From: Flavobacteriales bacterium
GTDB taxonomy: Bacteria > Bacteroidota > Bacteroidia > Flavobacteriales_C > GCA-002722245
Direction of reading: 5' to 3'
DNA length: 64,000 bases
NCBI GenBank assembly: GCA_002720635.1
Contig: PBJD01000014.1
Location: 2,536 to 66,535, forward strand
Part shown: piece after piece, positions 1 to 9,402 of the stretch
Position numbering within the stretch: position 1 is the first letter of the stretch
How the letters are laid out: each line of letters begins with the position of its first letter
Made by a program: the position numbers and the translations under genes
Notes under the pieces: model-generated
Seen by the model: only the letters and a program-made list of their open reading frames with translations
Database searches by the model: none
What the model was told of the DNA's origin: nothing

Positions 1-1
1 C

Positions 2-865
2 ATTGAAAAGGATTTTCGAGCAATGAGAACGGATGCGGAACTTGGTTTTTTTGCTCCTATTAAATTTTCAAGAATTCACATGGGATATTATTATACCGAT
101 CCTGAGTATACCATTCATGCGATACCGCTTAAAAATGAGGATATAGATGCTATTAAATTTGCTTCAAATACTTTGATGAACTTCAGGGAATCTCCAATTT
201 TCGATCAATTCAGGTTTGCAATAGAAAAAATATTTGATCGATTAAACATTTCATCTGATGCCCAGGATGAACGAATAGATCAGATTGTTCAATTTGATTC
301 TTACCCGAATTATCCTGGAAAAGAATTTTTACAGGATTTATATACCTCAATTAAAGAATATCAACAAATTGAACTGGTCTATAAAAGATTTAATTCGGAT
401 AAAGCCAATAAAAGAGTAGTACACCCATATCTGTTAAAAGAATACAAACACAGGTGGTATTTAGTTGCCTATGTTGATGCGAAAAAAGGACTCGCTACTT
501 ATGCCCTGGATAGAATACAGAGTTTGAATATACTTGAAGATGATTTTATTATAGACTCAAATTTTAAGCCTTTACAATTTTTTAAGTATTCATTTGGAAT
601 TACTCAGGTTGAAAATGATTTCTTTAAAGTTCTTTTGAAATTTTCTTCTGCTCAAAAAGGTTATTTAATGACTCAACCTTTACATAGTTCTCAAAAATTA
701 ATATCAGAAGATAAGGATAGTTTTACTATTGGGTTGGAAGTTTACCTTACTTATGAACTTATCGAAACTGTATTGAGTTATGGTGAAGATGTTCTTGTTC
801 TGCAGCCAGAAGAGTTGAAAAAAATCATTCACAAGAGACTTTTAAAAGCTGTAAAACAGTACTAA
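2..865 (+). CDS. WYL-domain transcriptional regulator (5'-partial; reading frame stays open upstream to the window start)
   Basis: The motif HRWYLVAYVDAKKGLATYALDRIQSL is typical of a WYL domain, and the C-terminal part looks like a WCX-like region. No stop occurs between position 2 and the ATG at 23, so the N-terminal HTH probably lies outside the window. Confidence 0.6.
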   Translation: MEKDFRAMRTDAELGFFAPIKFSRIHMGYYYTDPEYTIHAIPLKNEDIDAIKFASNTLMNFRESPIFDQFRFAIEKIFDRLNISSDAQDERIDQIVQFDSYPNYPGKEFLQDLYTSIKEYQQIELVYKRFNSDKANKRVVHPYLLKEYKHRWYLVAYVDAKKGLATYALDRIQSLNILEDDFIIDSNFKPLQFFKYSFGITQVENDFFKVLLKFSSAQKGYLMTQPLHSSQKLISEDKDSFTIGLEVYLTYELIETVLSYGEDVLVLQPEELKKIIHKRLLKAVKQY

Positions 866-893
866 AAAAGCGAGTCTTTGGACTCGCTTTTTT
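866..893. terminator. Rho-independent terminator, bidirectional between convergent genes
   Basis: Stem gcgagtc / gactcgc with tttg loop, flanked by an A-run and a T-run. Confidence 0.7.
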
Positions 894-918
894 AGTATTG
901 TTTTAATTTTATTATTCA

Positions 919-3015
919 CTATTTCTTAAGGTTGTCAGGAACGACTATCTTATTTACATTTGCTTTTTCCTCTCCGTCCTTACTTAGAATCTTTAGCTCA
1001 ATTCTTCTGTTTAAAGCCCTCCCTTCTTCATTATCAGAACCATCTTTATTTGTGTTTTTAGCTATTGGTTGATCTTCTCCGTATCCAACAGCATTAACTC
1101 TATCTGTATTAATTCCTTTTTTAACTAAATAATTTTTAACTGATTCAGCTCTTTTCTGAGATAACTTTTTGTTAAAGGATTTTTTACCTTTTGAGTCAGT
1201 ATGACCTTGTATCTCAACTTTGATTGATGGGTTGTTTGACAATAAGTTAAATAGTTTATTTAATTCTGAACGGGAATCTTTGGTTAGGTCATAGCTTTCA
1301 AACTCAAAGAATACATTATTTAAAACTATGGATTCGTTAGCTTTTATAGGTGCCAGTTTGATTTCTTTTTTAATTGATTGAAAAGCAGAATTTTTAGGAA
1401 CTATTAAATTTTCTGATTTAAACAAATAACCTTCAGCATTATAGGTTACATTGTAATTTTTATCAGGAGGTAAAATAAATAGATATTTACCTGTCTTTCT
1501 ATTTGGTTTGAAAATTCCTACTATTTCTCCTGTCTCGTTATCCTTTACAATTATTTCTGCATCTTCTGGAATTGTTCCTTCTTCATCACCTGTTGTGAAA
1601 TAACCAGACATAATCGTCATTGGTTGAACAGGGGCTTTTGGTATAGTAATAAGATATAAATCGTTACCTCCTTTTCCTCCTTCTTTTTTGGATGCATAAT
1701 ATGATCGCTTACCATCAACTGATGTTGTGTAGAAAACATCATCTTCGGTAGTGTTAATTGGGTATCCTATATTTTCTGGTGTACTCCATCCATCTTCTCC
1801 CAAGTCAGTTGCCTGAAAAATATCGAATCCACCCATAGTTTCATGACCATTTGAGGAAAAGAATAAAGAAACTCCATCAGGGTGAATAAACGGAGCCCTG
1901 TCATCAAATTCCGTATTAATTTTCGGGCCTAAATTTAGAGGTTTGCTCCATGCTCCATTAGGGAGCATAGTAACTCTGTAAATATCAAATCCGCCATATC
2001 CACCTTTTCTGTTTGATGTGAAGAAGATAGTTTTTCCATCTGCAGAAAAGCAAGCATGAGTTTCAGATGCTTTTGAATTTAATGCATCGAAAGGTATGGG
2101 CTTGCTCCATTCTTTTCCGTTTAATTTAGAGTAATATATATCACCTTGAGGATCTTCCTGGGCGGAGTAAATTAAAAGCTGTTGACCATCTACTGATAAT
2201 CCGATAGTTGCTTCATGACCGGATGTGTTTATTTTATCCGAAATTAATCTTGGTTCACCCCAATCTCCTTGCGCATCTTTATTCGAAATATAAATATCTT
2301 CATAATATTGAAAATCATTAGGATCTTTTGGTTGATTTGCACTCCCAACTTTGAATTTTCTTCTTGATGTGAAAATCATAGTCTGCTCATCAGCAGATAC
2401 AACAGGAGCATACTCGGGATATTCTGAATTTACTTTTTCTAAACTCTTTAAAATTATGTCTACAGGATTTTCAAGGAGAAGTTTAGCCGTTTCACAAATT
2501 TTATTTTCTCTTTTCAGGGTATTAACCCATTCATTGCTTATGTTTTTACCCAAAGATTCTTCAAAAGATTTAAAATTCTCTTGTGCTTCATCAATTTTGA
2601 GATTCTTTCTGAGTAATCTGGCATATTCCAAATAAGCAAAAACTGGTGCAGACTCCAAAGTATTGTCATTAACGTCAAATTCTAAGTCTAATGAAACATT
2701 ATCAGCTGATCTGGAAAGATAGTGTAGTGCTGAGTCATTGTTTTTTAGCAATATTCCCTTTGAGTAACAGTCTCCTATTTTAAAATTCAAGAAAGCAGTT
2801 GAGGGAATGGCATTTTGAATGTTTTTGTAAATTTTCAGTGCGAAGTCATAGTTTTGGTCATCCCAGTATCCGTCCGCAATATTGTATTGTTTCTTGACCG
2901 GTTTCTCAAAAATTTCTTCGTTGAATTCTTCGTTGTTTCTATTATATAGTACTTGGGCACTAATATTTGAAGAAACAAATAATGTAAGTAAAGATAGGGA
3001 TAGTAGTCGTTTCAT
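919..3015 (-). CDS. OmpA-family envelope protein (signal peptide, TPR-like region, PD40/TolB-like beta-propeller repeats, C-terminal OmpA peptidoglycan-binding domain)
   Basis: N-terminal signal MKRLLSLSLLTLFVSSNISAQ. Repeated PD40-like blocks (FFTSNRKGGYGGFDIY, LFFSSNGHETMGGFDIF). C-terminus NNVFFEFESYDLT...LSQKRAESVKNYL...NRRIE matches an OmpA-like domain. Confidence 0.85.
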   Translation of the reverse strand: MKRLLSLSLLTLFVSSNISAQVLYNRNNEEFNEEIFEKPVKKQYNIADGYWDDQNYDFALKIYKNIQNAIPSTAFLNFKIGDCYSKGILLKNNDSALHYLSRSADNVSLDLEFDVNDNTLESAPVFAYLEYARLLRKNLKIDEAQENFKSFEESLGKNISNEWVNTLKRENKICETAKLLLENPVDIILKSLEKVNSEYPEYAPVVSADEQTMIFTSRRKFKVGSANQPKDPNDFQYYEDIYISNKDAQGDWGEPRLISDKINTSGHEATIGLSVDGQQLLIYSAQEDPQGDIYYSKLNGKEWSKPIPFDALNSKASETHACFSADGKTIFFTSNRKGGYGGFDIYRVTMLPNGAWSKPLNLGPKINTEFDDRAPFIHPDGVSLFFSSNGHETMGGFDIFQATDLGEDGWSTPENIGYPINTTEDDVFYTTSVDGKRSYYASKKEGGKGGNDLYLITIPKAPVQPMTIMSGYFTTGDEEGTIPEDAEIIVKDNETGEIVGIFKPNRKTGKYLFILPPDKNYNVTYNAEGYLFKSENLIVPKNSAFQSIKKEIKLAPIKANESIVLNNVFFEFESYDLTKDSRSELNKLFNLLSNNPSIKVEIQGHTDSKGKKSFNKKLSQKRAESVKNYLVKKGINTDRVNAVGYGEDQPIAKNTNKDGSDNEEGRALNRRIELKILSKDGEEKANVNKIVVPDNLKK

Positions 3016-3118
3016 ATGTCTAATTTTTCAGGAGTAAATCAAACTCCATGCTAAATTCACTGATTAACAAATAATTAACTTTTAACCATTAGGTTTCAGA
3101 AGCTAAAATAAGTTATAA

Positions 3119-4420
3119 TTACCAAATTTGTCTATTTATGTCGAAATTTTCAAGATAATCTCCAACTTTTCTTAAAAAGCTTCCGCCCAACATTCCGTCA
3201 ACAACCCTATGGTCATAGCTCATAGACATAAACATCATGTGTCGAATTCCAATAAAATCTCCCTCAGAAGTTTCAATTACTGCGGGCTTTTTTTGAATTA
3301 CTCCAGTTGCTAAGATTGCAACTTCTGGTTGATTGATTATTGGTGTTCCGATAATGTTACCAAATGTTCCAATGTTGGTTATGGTAAATGTTCCGTCCTG
3401 AACATCATCCGGAGAAAGATTGTTGTTTCTGGCTTTTTGAGTAAGGTTGTTTACAGATTCTGCCATTCCAATCAAATTGAGGTTGTTGGCTCCTTTAACA
3501 ACGGGAACAATAAGATTACCAGAGGGTAGAGCTACTGCCATACCAATATTTGCATCTTTTTTAATGCGTATTTGATCTCCTTCAACACTAACGTTAATCA
3601 TAGGGAAGTCTTTTATTGCTTTTGCTACCGCTTCAACAAATATGGGAGTGAAAGTAAGTTTGTATCCTTCTTTTTCAAAGAATTGATTTTTTACTTTATT
3701 CCTCCATTTTACAAGATTGGTTACGTCAATTTCAACAACACTGGTAACATGAGGGGCGTTTTTTTTGGAAGCCACCATATGCTCTGCAATGAGTTTTCTC
3801 ATCCTGTCCATTTCTACTAGTTCTGAAACTCCTGAGAAAGATATGGCAGGTTTTGATTGGGTTTCATGCGTTGAATCTGTTGATACCGTGCCTAATGAAT
3901 CATTTTTGTTTTCAATATGGTTGAGTATATCGTACTTCGTTACTCTTCCTTCACGTCCAGTACCGGATATTTTATTGAGTTCATCAAAGGAGACACCTTC
4001 TATTTTAGCAATACTTTTCACCAACGGAGAGTAAAATCTATTACTTTCCTTTTGACTTGTTGTTGAGAGAACAGTTGTTGAGATAGGAGGGTGAACTTTT
4101 GGGTGCTCAGGGGCAGCAGCAGGTTCATCGTAAGCAGAAGTAGTAACATCTTCTTTCTTGTCTTCCTTTTTTACTTCACCTTCAACTTCAATGATCGCAA
4201 AAGGGGTTCCAATTTTTACTACTTCACCTTCTTTAAATAGTTTTTTCACTAATGTTCCTTCATAATCCGATGGGACTTCAGAGTCGACTTTATCGGTAGC
4301 AATTTCTAAAATTCCCTCCTCTAATTCTACAAAGTCTCCCTCGTTTTTTAACCAAGAGGTTACCGTAGCTTCTGCTACGCTTTCTCCCATCTTGGGTAAT
4401 AATAGTTCAATTTGCGCCAT
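3119..4420 (-). CDS. 2-oxoacid dehydrogenase complex E2 component (dihydrolipoamide acyltransferase)
   Basis: N-terminal lipoyl domain (ATDKV...). Catalytic C-terminus with the DHRVVDG motif. Ala/Pro-rich linker. Confidence 0.9.
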   Translation of the reverse strand: MAQIELLLPKMGESVAEATVTSWLKNEGDFVELEEGILEIATDKVDSEVPSDYEGTLVKKLFKEGEVVKIGTPFAIIEVEGEVKKEDKKEDVTTSAYDEPAAAPEHPKVHPPISTTVLSTTSQKESNRFYSPLVKSIAKIEGVSFDELNKISGTGREGRVTKYDILNHIENKNDSLGTVSTDSTHETQSKPAISFSGVSELVEMDRMRKLIAEHMVASKKNAPHVTSVVEIDVTNLVKWRNKVKNQFFEKEGYKLTFTPIFVEAVAKAIKDFPMINVSVEGDQIRIKKDANIGMAVALPSGNLIVPVVKGANNLNLIGMAESVNNLTQKARNNNLSPDDVQDGTFTITNIGTFGNIIGTPIINQPEVAILATGVIQKKPAVIETSEGDFIGIRHMMFMSMSYDHRVVDGMLGGSFLRKVGDYLENFDINRQIW

Positions 4421-4509
4421 AAAACACTATGAAAAATGTTGGGGTAAAATTAATTAAAATAGGGGAGCTGAGCAATGAAGTGTATCAGAATAAATTACTT
4501 TTGAAATTA

Positions 4510-6459
4510 CTATTGATCAATTTTTTTCAGGCCTTTTATGAGGATAGCTAAGTCATTCAAAGGGTTATAATCTTTTGCATATTGCATATTAATTCGCTCA
4601 ATAGTATCATCTTCTAAATTTTTATCATTGAATCTATCCAGTGGTGAAAGGATACTTGATTTTAAAACCGGAAGTTCATTTTTCAATCCAAATGATTTGC
4701 TGTAACCAACCCATGTAAATTTTCCTTTGAAAACATTAATTATGTTTCCAAGCATTTTTGAGGGTTGGCTTACAAGGAATGCCAGAAGAGGAGATGTAAT
4801 GAGCAAAATAAGACTTGATACAACATCAAATACTCTTTTGTTTCTTATATTTTCAGGTTTGTTGATAGAGTTAATATCAATTAAATATAGCTCTCCAGGT
4901 GAATCTATACTGGAGCTTCCTAAAATGAATAGTGATTCCGGAGGTGCGATTTTAAATTCTGCATCATGATTGGACAGCGACTCCATTGTTTCTATTATTT
5001 TGTTGGAAGAGAGGTCTTTTGCGCAAAAAATCACTTCATCCAGTTTATGTATTTGGATGATTTCATCCAGTTGATTAATGTTTCCTACAAATGGGTTACT
5101 TCTTAAAGTTTCTTCTGATCCAATAAAAACAAAGTTTTGCAATAAAAAGTTTGATTTTTGAAGTATTTCCTTTACTCGCTCTATTTCTTCACTATTTCCA
5201 ATTATTCCTACGTTTTTTCTTGAGTTGGAGTCTATTTCAAAATCTCCATATTTGAGGAATTGCAGGAGCATTCTTGAAGAAGTTAAGGATATTGATGACC
5301 AGATTGCACTAAAAGCTATAATCGCTCTTGAAAATCTGTAGTTTTCATCAATAAATCCATAACCAATTAAAATCGATATCGCCCCAAATCCTACACCTTT
5401 AAGAACTCTATTGAGTTTTAATTTTTTCTTATATCCTCCGAAAAAGGCCACAGAAAGCAATATGGTTCCGACTATAGCTGGAATAAAATAATACAACAAC
5501 TCATTGGGATAAGAAAATCCTTTGATTTTAGATTCCCATATGTATTTGAATCCTAAAATTCCGCCAAGTAAAAGAAGGGCATCAAGTATGGGTAGGGTAG
5601 ATTTTTTTACTACACGGTTTAAAATCGCAATTGATGCTCTGAAATAGATAGCGATTTTGATTAGAAAACTGAATAGAGAAGCGTTTTTTGAAGAAAAATG
5701 TTTCTTCGCAAAAATGATCATAGCATTGTAAAAAACAAAAACATAATTTACAGAACTCTTTTTGGTGCTTTCTCCTTTATAATGAATTATTCGAGTATTC
5801 GCAAAGTAGTAGTTTTTATAGCCTCCTTTAATTAAACGATAGGATAAGTCAATATCTTCTCCGTACATAAAGAAATCTTCATCAAGCAATCCTACCTTAT
5901 CCAGTGCAGATTTTCGCATTAACATAAATGCTCCAGACAGGATTTCAATTTCATGGTTTTCATTTTTATCCAGATGTCCACAGTGGTATTTTCCAAAACG
6001 TTTACTTTTTGGAAATAAACTAGAGAGTCCAAAAATTTTGTAAAAAGCAACTGAAGGGGTTGGTAATGACCTTTTAGACTCGGGAAGAAAATTTCCCTTT
6101 CCATCAACCATTTTTACTCCTAGTCCACCAGCATTGGGATTTGCATCCATAAATTCAAGGACTTTTTCAAAAGTGTCTTCTTCAACAAGTGTGTCCGGAT
6201 TTAAAAGAAGTGTATATTCTCCTTTTGATTTCTTTACAGCAAGATTGTTTCCTTTTGAAAACCCTAAATTGTCTTTTGATGCAACTAATTTTACCGATGG
6301 AAATTTGTCTTTAATCATGGCTACTGAGCCATCAACTGAATTGTTATCAACAACCCATACCTCTCCATCTATATTTTGTAAAGCTTTAAAAACACTTTGT
6401 AAACACTGTTCAAGAAAATGCTGAACATTGTAGTTGACAATTATAACGGATAATTTCAA
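4510..6459 (-). CDS. Family 2 glycosyltransferase with TM segments and a degenerate WbaP-like (Rossmann + sugar-transferase-start) C-terminal region
   Basis: N-terminus MKLSVIIVNYNVQHF...VVDNNSVDGS is GT2. A central hydrophobic block follows. The C-terminus has VGIIGNSEE and KRVFDVVSSLILLITSPLLAF (the start of a bacterial sugar-transferase domain), but no catalytic core follows. Confidence 0.75.
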   Translation of the reverse strand: MKLSVIIVNYNVQHFLEQCLQSVFKALQNIDGEVWVVDNNSVDGSVAMIKDKFPSVKLVASKDNLGFSKGNNLAVKKSKGEYTLLLNPDTLVEEDTFEKVLEFMDANPNAGGLGVKMVDGKGNFLPESKRSLPTPSVAFYKIFGLSSLFPKSKRFGKYHCGHLDKNENHEIEILSGAFMLMRKSALDKVGLLDEDFFMYGEDIDLSYRLIKGGYKNYYFANTRIIHYKGESTKKSSVNYVFVFYNAMIIFAKKHFSSKNASLFSFLIKIAIYFRASIAILNRVVKKSTLPILDALLLLGGILGFKYIWESKIKGFSYPNELLYYFIPAIVGTILLSVAFFGGYKKKLKLNRVLKGVGFGAISILIGYGFIDENYRFSRAIIAFSAIWSSISLTSSRMLLQFLKYGDFEIDSNSRKNVGIIGNSEEIERVKEILQKSNFLLQNFVFIGSEETLRSNPFVGNINQLDEIIQIHKLDEVIFCAKDLSSNKIIETMESLSNHDAEFKIAPPESLFILGSSSIDSPGELYLIDINSINKPENIRNKRVFDVVSSLILLITSPLLAFLVSQPSKMLGNIINVFKGKFTWVGYSKSFGLKNELPVLKSSILSPLDRFNDKNLEDDTIERINMQYAKDYNPLNDLAILIKGLKKIDQ

Positions 6460-6600
6460 TTTTCAGGTAAATTTAGGATCAGCAAAATTAACGAAAAATA
6501 CATTAGTGTCAATATAAATTAATTGTTTTGACTTAAATTGTTTCTATAGATTAAGTAATAATAGCTGTTTAAATATTTGATGATCAATTTGCTGTTTTTT

Positions 6601-7632
6601 TTATAAGAATGAATCTTTAGCTAAGTCTGAGTATTTATTTTTTTTTGAAATAAAATATTCTTTAGCTATTGATGGTTTATAAACTCCAATGATTTCTTTG
6701 TTTGTATGCTGTTGATTAAGTTTTTTTCTGATTTTTAAGTATTTTAATAAATTGGCGTAAAAAGACATATGAGCTTTAAAAACGGCAAGAAAGTGTCTGA
6801 CATTTCCCTCGAAAAGGAATTTTGCAGCCGCTAAACCATCCAAAAGAAGTTTTTGTGTCATTTTGATTAAAAATTTATTACGGGGGTAATTTTTGATCAA
6901 TAAAAATAAACTGTTTCGAAAGTTTAAAAATGTTTTTTTGGGGCTCAGTTTATTTAGTGTTCCTCCGCCTAAATGATAAACATGTGATTCACCAACAGCG
7001 TAAACTAAATAACCAGCTCTCTGCATTCTCCAGCATAAATCAATTTCTTCCATATGAGCGAAAAAGAACTCGTCAAAGCCATTCAGTTTTTTAAAGGTGT
7101 CATTTCGAACAAACATACAGGCTCCTGAGGCCCAAAAAACAGGTTCGTTATTATTGTATTGGCCTTTATCTTCTTCAAGAGTATCAAATATTCTTCCCCT
7201 ACAAAATGGGAACCCCCATTGATCTATGTATCCCCCTGCCGCACCTGCATATTCAAAGTGTGTTTTTTTTCTGTATTGTAAAATTTTAGGCATGGCCGCA
7301 CCTACCGAAGGATTTTTATCCATGAATTCTGTCATAGGTTGAACCCAGTTTTCCGGGGTTTCAATATCAGAATTTAATAACACCACGTATTCATTGTGAA
7401 CGTGTGTTAAAGCTTCATTATATCCTTTAGCGAATCCGCCGTTGGTTTTGTTTTGAATAATTTTTATTTCTGGATAGGTTGAGTTTAAAAAGGCAATACT
7501 GCCGTCAGTTGACGCATTATCTGCAATAATTGCCTCTGCATATTCGGGTAATGTAGCCAGTACACTTGGTAAAAACTTTTTGAGTAGTTCTTCTCCATTC
7601 CAATTTAAAATAACAACCGCAACCTTTTTCAT
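6601..7632 (-). CDS. Family 2 glycosyltransferase
   Basis: MKKVAVVILNWNGEELL...ADNASTDGS...LLNSDIE matches the GT2 signature. Confidence 0.85.
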   Translation of the reverse strand: MKKVAVVILNWNGEELLKKFLPSVLATLPEYAEAIIADNASTDGSIAFLNSTYPEIKIIQNKTNGGFAKGYNEALTHVHNEYVVLLNSDIETPENWVQPMTEFMDKNPSVGAAMPKILQYRKKTHFEYAGAAGGYIDQWGFPFCRGRIFDTLEEDKGQYNNNEPVFWASGACMFVRNDTFKKLNGFDEFFFAHMEEIDLCWRMQRAGYLVYAVGESHVYHLGGGTLNKLSPKKTFLNFRNSLFLLIKNYPRNKFLIKMTQKLLLDGLAAAKFLFEGNVRHFLAVFKAHMSFYANLLKYLKIRKKLNQQHTNKEIIGVYKPSIAKEYFISKKNKYSDLAKDSFL

Positions 7633-7710
7633 TATAAAACGAATTTACTAATTCCTTTATAAAATCATTTAGATGGAATAAAATACTAAATTTGAAAAAA
7701 AAATATTTTT

Positions 7711-8115
7711 ATGTCTGCTTGGGGAATATCAAACTTTGAAAATGATACAGCACTTGATTGGGTGAATGAAATAATTCAGGAACAAGAGATAACCGGGTTA
7801 CAAGAATCAATTAAAACCTTTTTAAAAGATTTTTCCGGAGAATCCACATCTTTAATAGATTGTTCTAAGTTTTTAACTGCAGCTGAAACAGTTGCTGCAA
7901 TAATCGGCAGTCCTAATGAAGATTTTCCAGAGGAGCTGAAGGAATGGGTTGAATCAAAGTATATTAAAATTGAACAAATCACAATTGATGATGCTAAAAA
8001 AGGAGTTAAATTAATTATGACCGATAGTGAGGCCAAAGAAATGTTTTTGGACTCAGGGTATTTTAAATCCTGGGAAAAAGCTCAAAAGGACTTGATTAAA
8101 AGGTTATCCAAATGA
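7711..8115 (+). CDS. DUF4259-like small cytoplasmic protein (hypothetical)
   Basis: The N-terminus MSAWGISNFENDTALDWVNEI resembles the DUF4259 family start as I remember it. Its stop overlaps the next start (ATGA). Confidence 0.55.
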   Translation: MSAWGISNFENDTALDWVNEIIQEQEITGLQESIKTFLKDFSGESTSLIDCSKFLTAAETVAAIIGSPNEDFPEELKEWVESKYIKIEQITIDDAKKGVKLIMTDSEAKEMFLDSGYFKSWEKAQKDLIKRLSK

Positions 8116-8441
8116 TTTTATTTGGAAGAAAGGATAAGTTATTGGCAACAAGAGAAATACCCGAGGAATTGTGTGAGAGTTGCGGTGAAAGAGGGGGGAT
8201 TGTAAGTATTTTTCAGATTTACTATCATGTTGCTAAAATTCCATTTTTCCCATTATCAAGGAGGGCTGCTTCTCAATGTTATTCTTGCAGAAAAGTTAAA
8301 GTAAAAAAGGATTTCTCTAATCAGCAAAGGATGGTTTCGAAACTTTTAAAAAAGGAGACAAAAACTCCTTTGTGGACCATGATTGGTTCCTGTTTAATTT
8401 TGATTTGTCTGGTCTTGAATTATTTGATTAGGTTAATTTAA
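8112..8441 (+). CDS. Zinc-ribbon domain protein with C-terminal TM helix (hypothetical)
   Basis: CxxC...CxxC pairs (CESCGERGG ... CYSCRK) and a hydrophobic C-terminus. ATGA-coupled to the upstream ORF. Confidence 0.55.
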   Translation: MILFGRKDKLLATREIPEELCESCGERGGIVSIFQIYYHVAKIPFFPLSRRAASQCYSCRKVKVKKDFSNQQRMVSKLLKKETKTPLWTMIGSCLILICLVLNYLIRLI

Positions 8442-8559
8442 GTATTTGAAAATCTTATAAAAACTGTTAACTGGATAGAGAGATAATTATAACACGAAAA
8501 TAAGTTTTAGTTTTTTTTAAGAAAATTCATGATTGCATTAGTGTAAAGTTTAAGAAATT

Positions 8560-9402
8560 ATGATTTTAAGTTTTGGTGAGGTTTTAATGGATTGTTTCCC
8601 TGGTAAAAATGTCATAGGTGGAGCTCCGTTTAATGTTGCAGTGCATTTAAAAAGGCTGGGTCAGGAAGCAGGTATAATTACTAAAGTAGGCGAAGATGAT
8701 CTGGGTAGTCAAATTCATCAAATATTGGTTCGAGAAGGTCTAACAGCTCAGCTTCAAATAGATGAAAAATATCCAACAGGAAGGGTTGATGTTACTTTAA
8801 AAAATGGTCAGCCATCCTACCACATTCATCAAGGTTGTGGCTGGGAGTTTATAGGAGTAAAGGAAATTGAAACTCCGAACTATTTTGTTTTTGGATCATT
8901 AGCCTTGTTTTTTGAAGAGAACAAAAAATCGTTTAATGAGTATCGAAATCAATTTGAAAAGGCAGCATTTGTTTGTGATCTTAATTTAAGAAAACCATAC
9001 TATGATAAGGGCACTATTGAGTTGTGTTTGAATGCTGCAGAGATACTTAAAATAAATGATGAGGAGCTGGATTATTTGTCAAAATCGTATAAAGTTGTAG
9101 ATGTTATAGATTGGCTGAAAAGTGAATTTGGTATTCATAAGATTATTTTAACAGAGGGGGCAAAGGGTGCAACTTTGTTCTGGGACGATAAAATTATTTC
9201 CTGTGAAGTTAAGATGATTGAAAATATTAAAGATACTGTAGGTGCAGGCGATTCATTTACTTCATTGTTTTTGCATGGCGTTATAAATAATTTGCCGCTA
9301 GATCTTACCATGCAAAGAGCAGCTGATTTTGCCGGGGATATTTGTCAAACATCAGGGGCAGTTCCTGATGATTTAACGGTTTACGAAAAATATAAATTTT
9401 GA
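8560..9402 (+). CDS. PfkB-family carbohydrate kinase (fructokinase-like)
   Basis: GGAPFNVAVHLKRLG near the N-terminus and a C-terminal DTVGAGDSF motif, as in the ribokinase/PfkB fold. Confidence 0.8.
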   Translation: MILSFGEVLMDCFPGKNVIGGAPFNVAVHLKRLGQEAGIITKVGEDDLGSQIHQILVREGLTAQLQIDEKYPTGRVDVTLKNGQPSYHIHQGCGWEFIGVKEIETPNYFVFGSLALFFEENKKSFNEYRNQFEKAAFVCDLNLRKPYYDKGTIELCLNAAEILKINDEELDYLSKSYKVVDVIDWLKSEFGIHKIILTEGAKGATLFWDDKIISCEVKMIENIKDTVGAGDSFTSLFLHGVINNLPLDLTMQRAADFAGDICQTSGAVPDDLTVYEKYKF

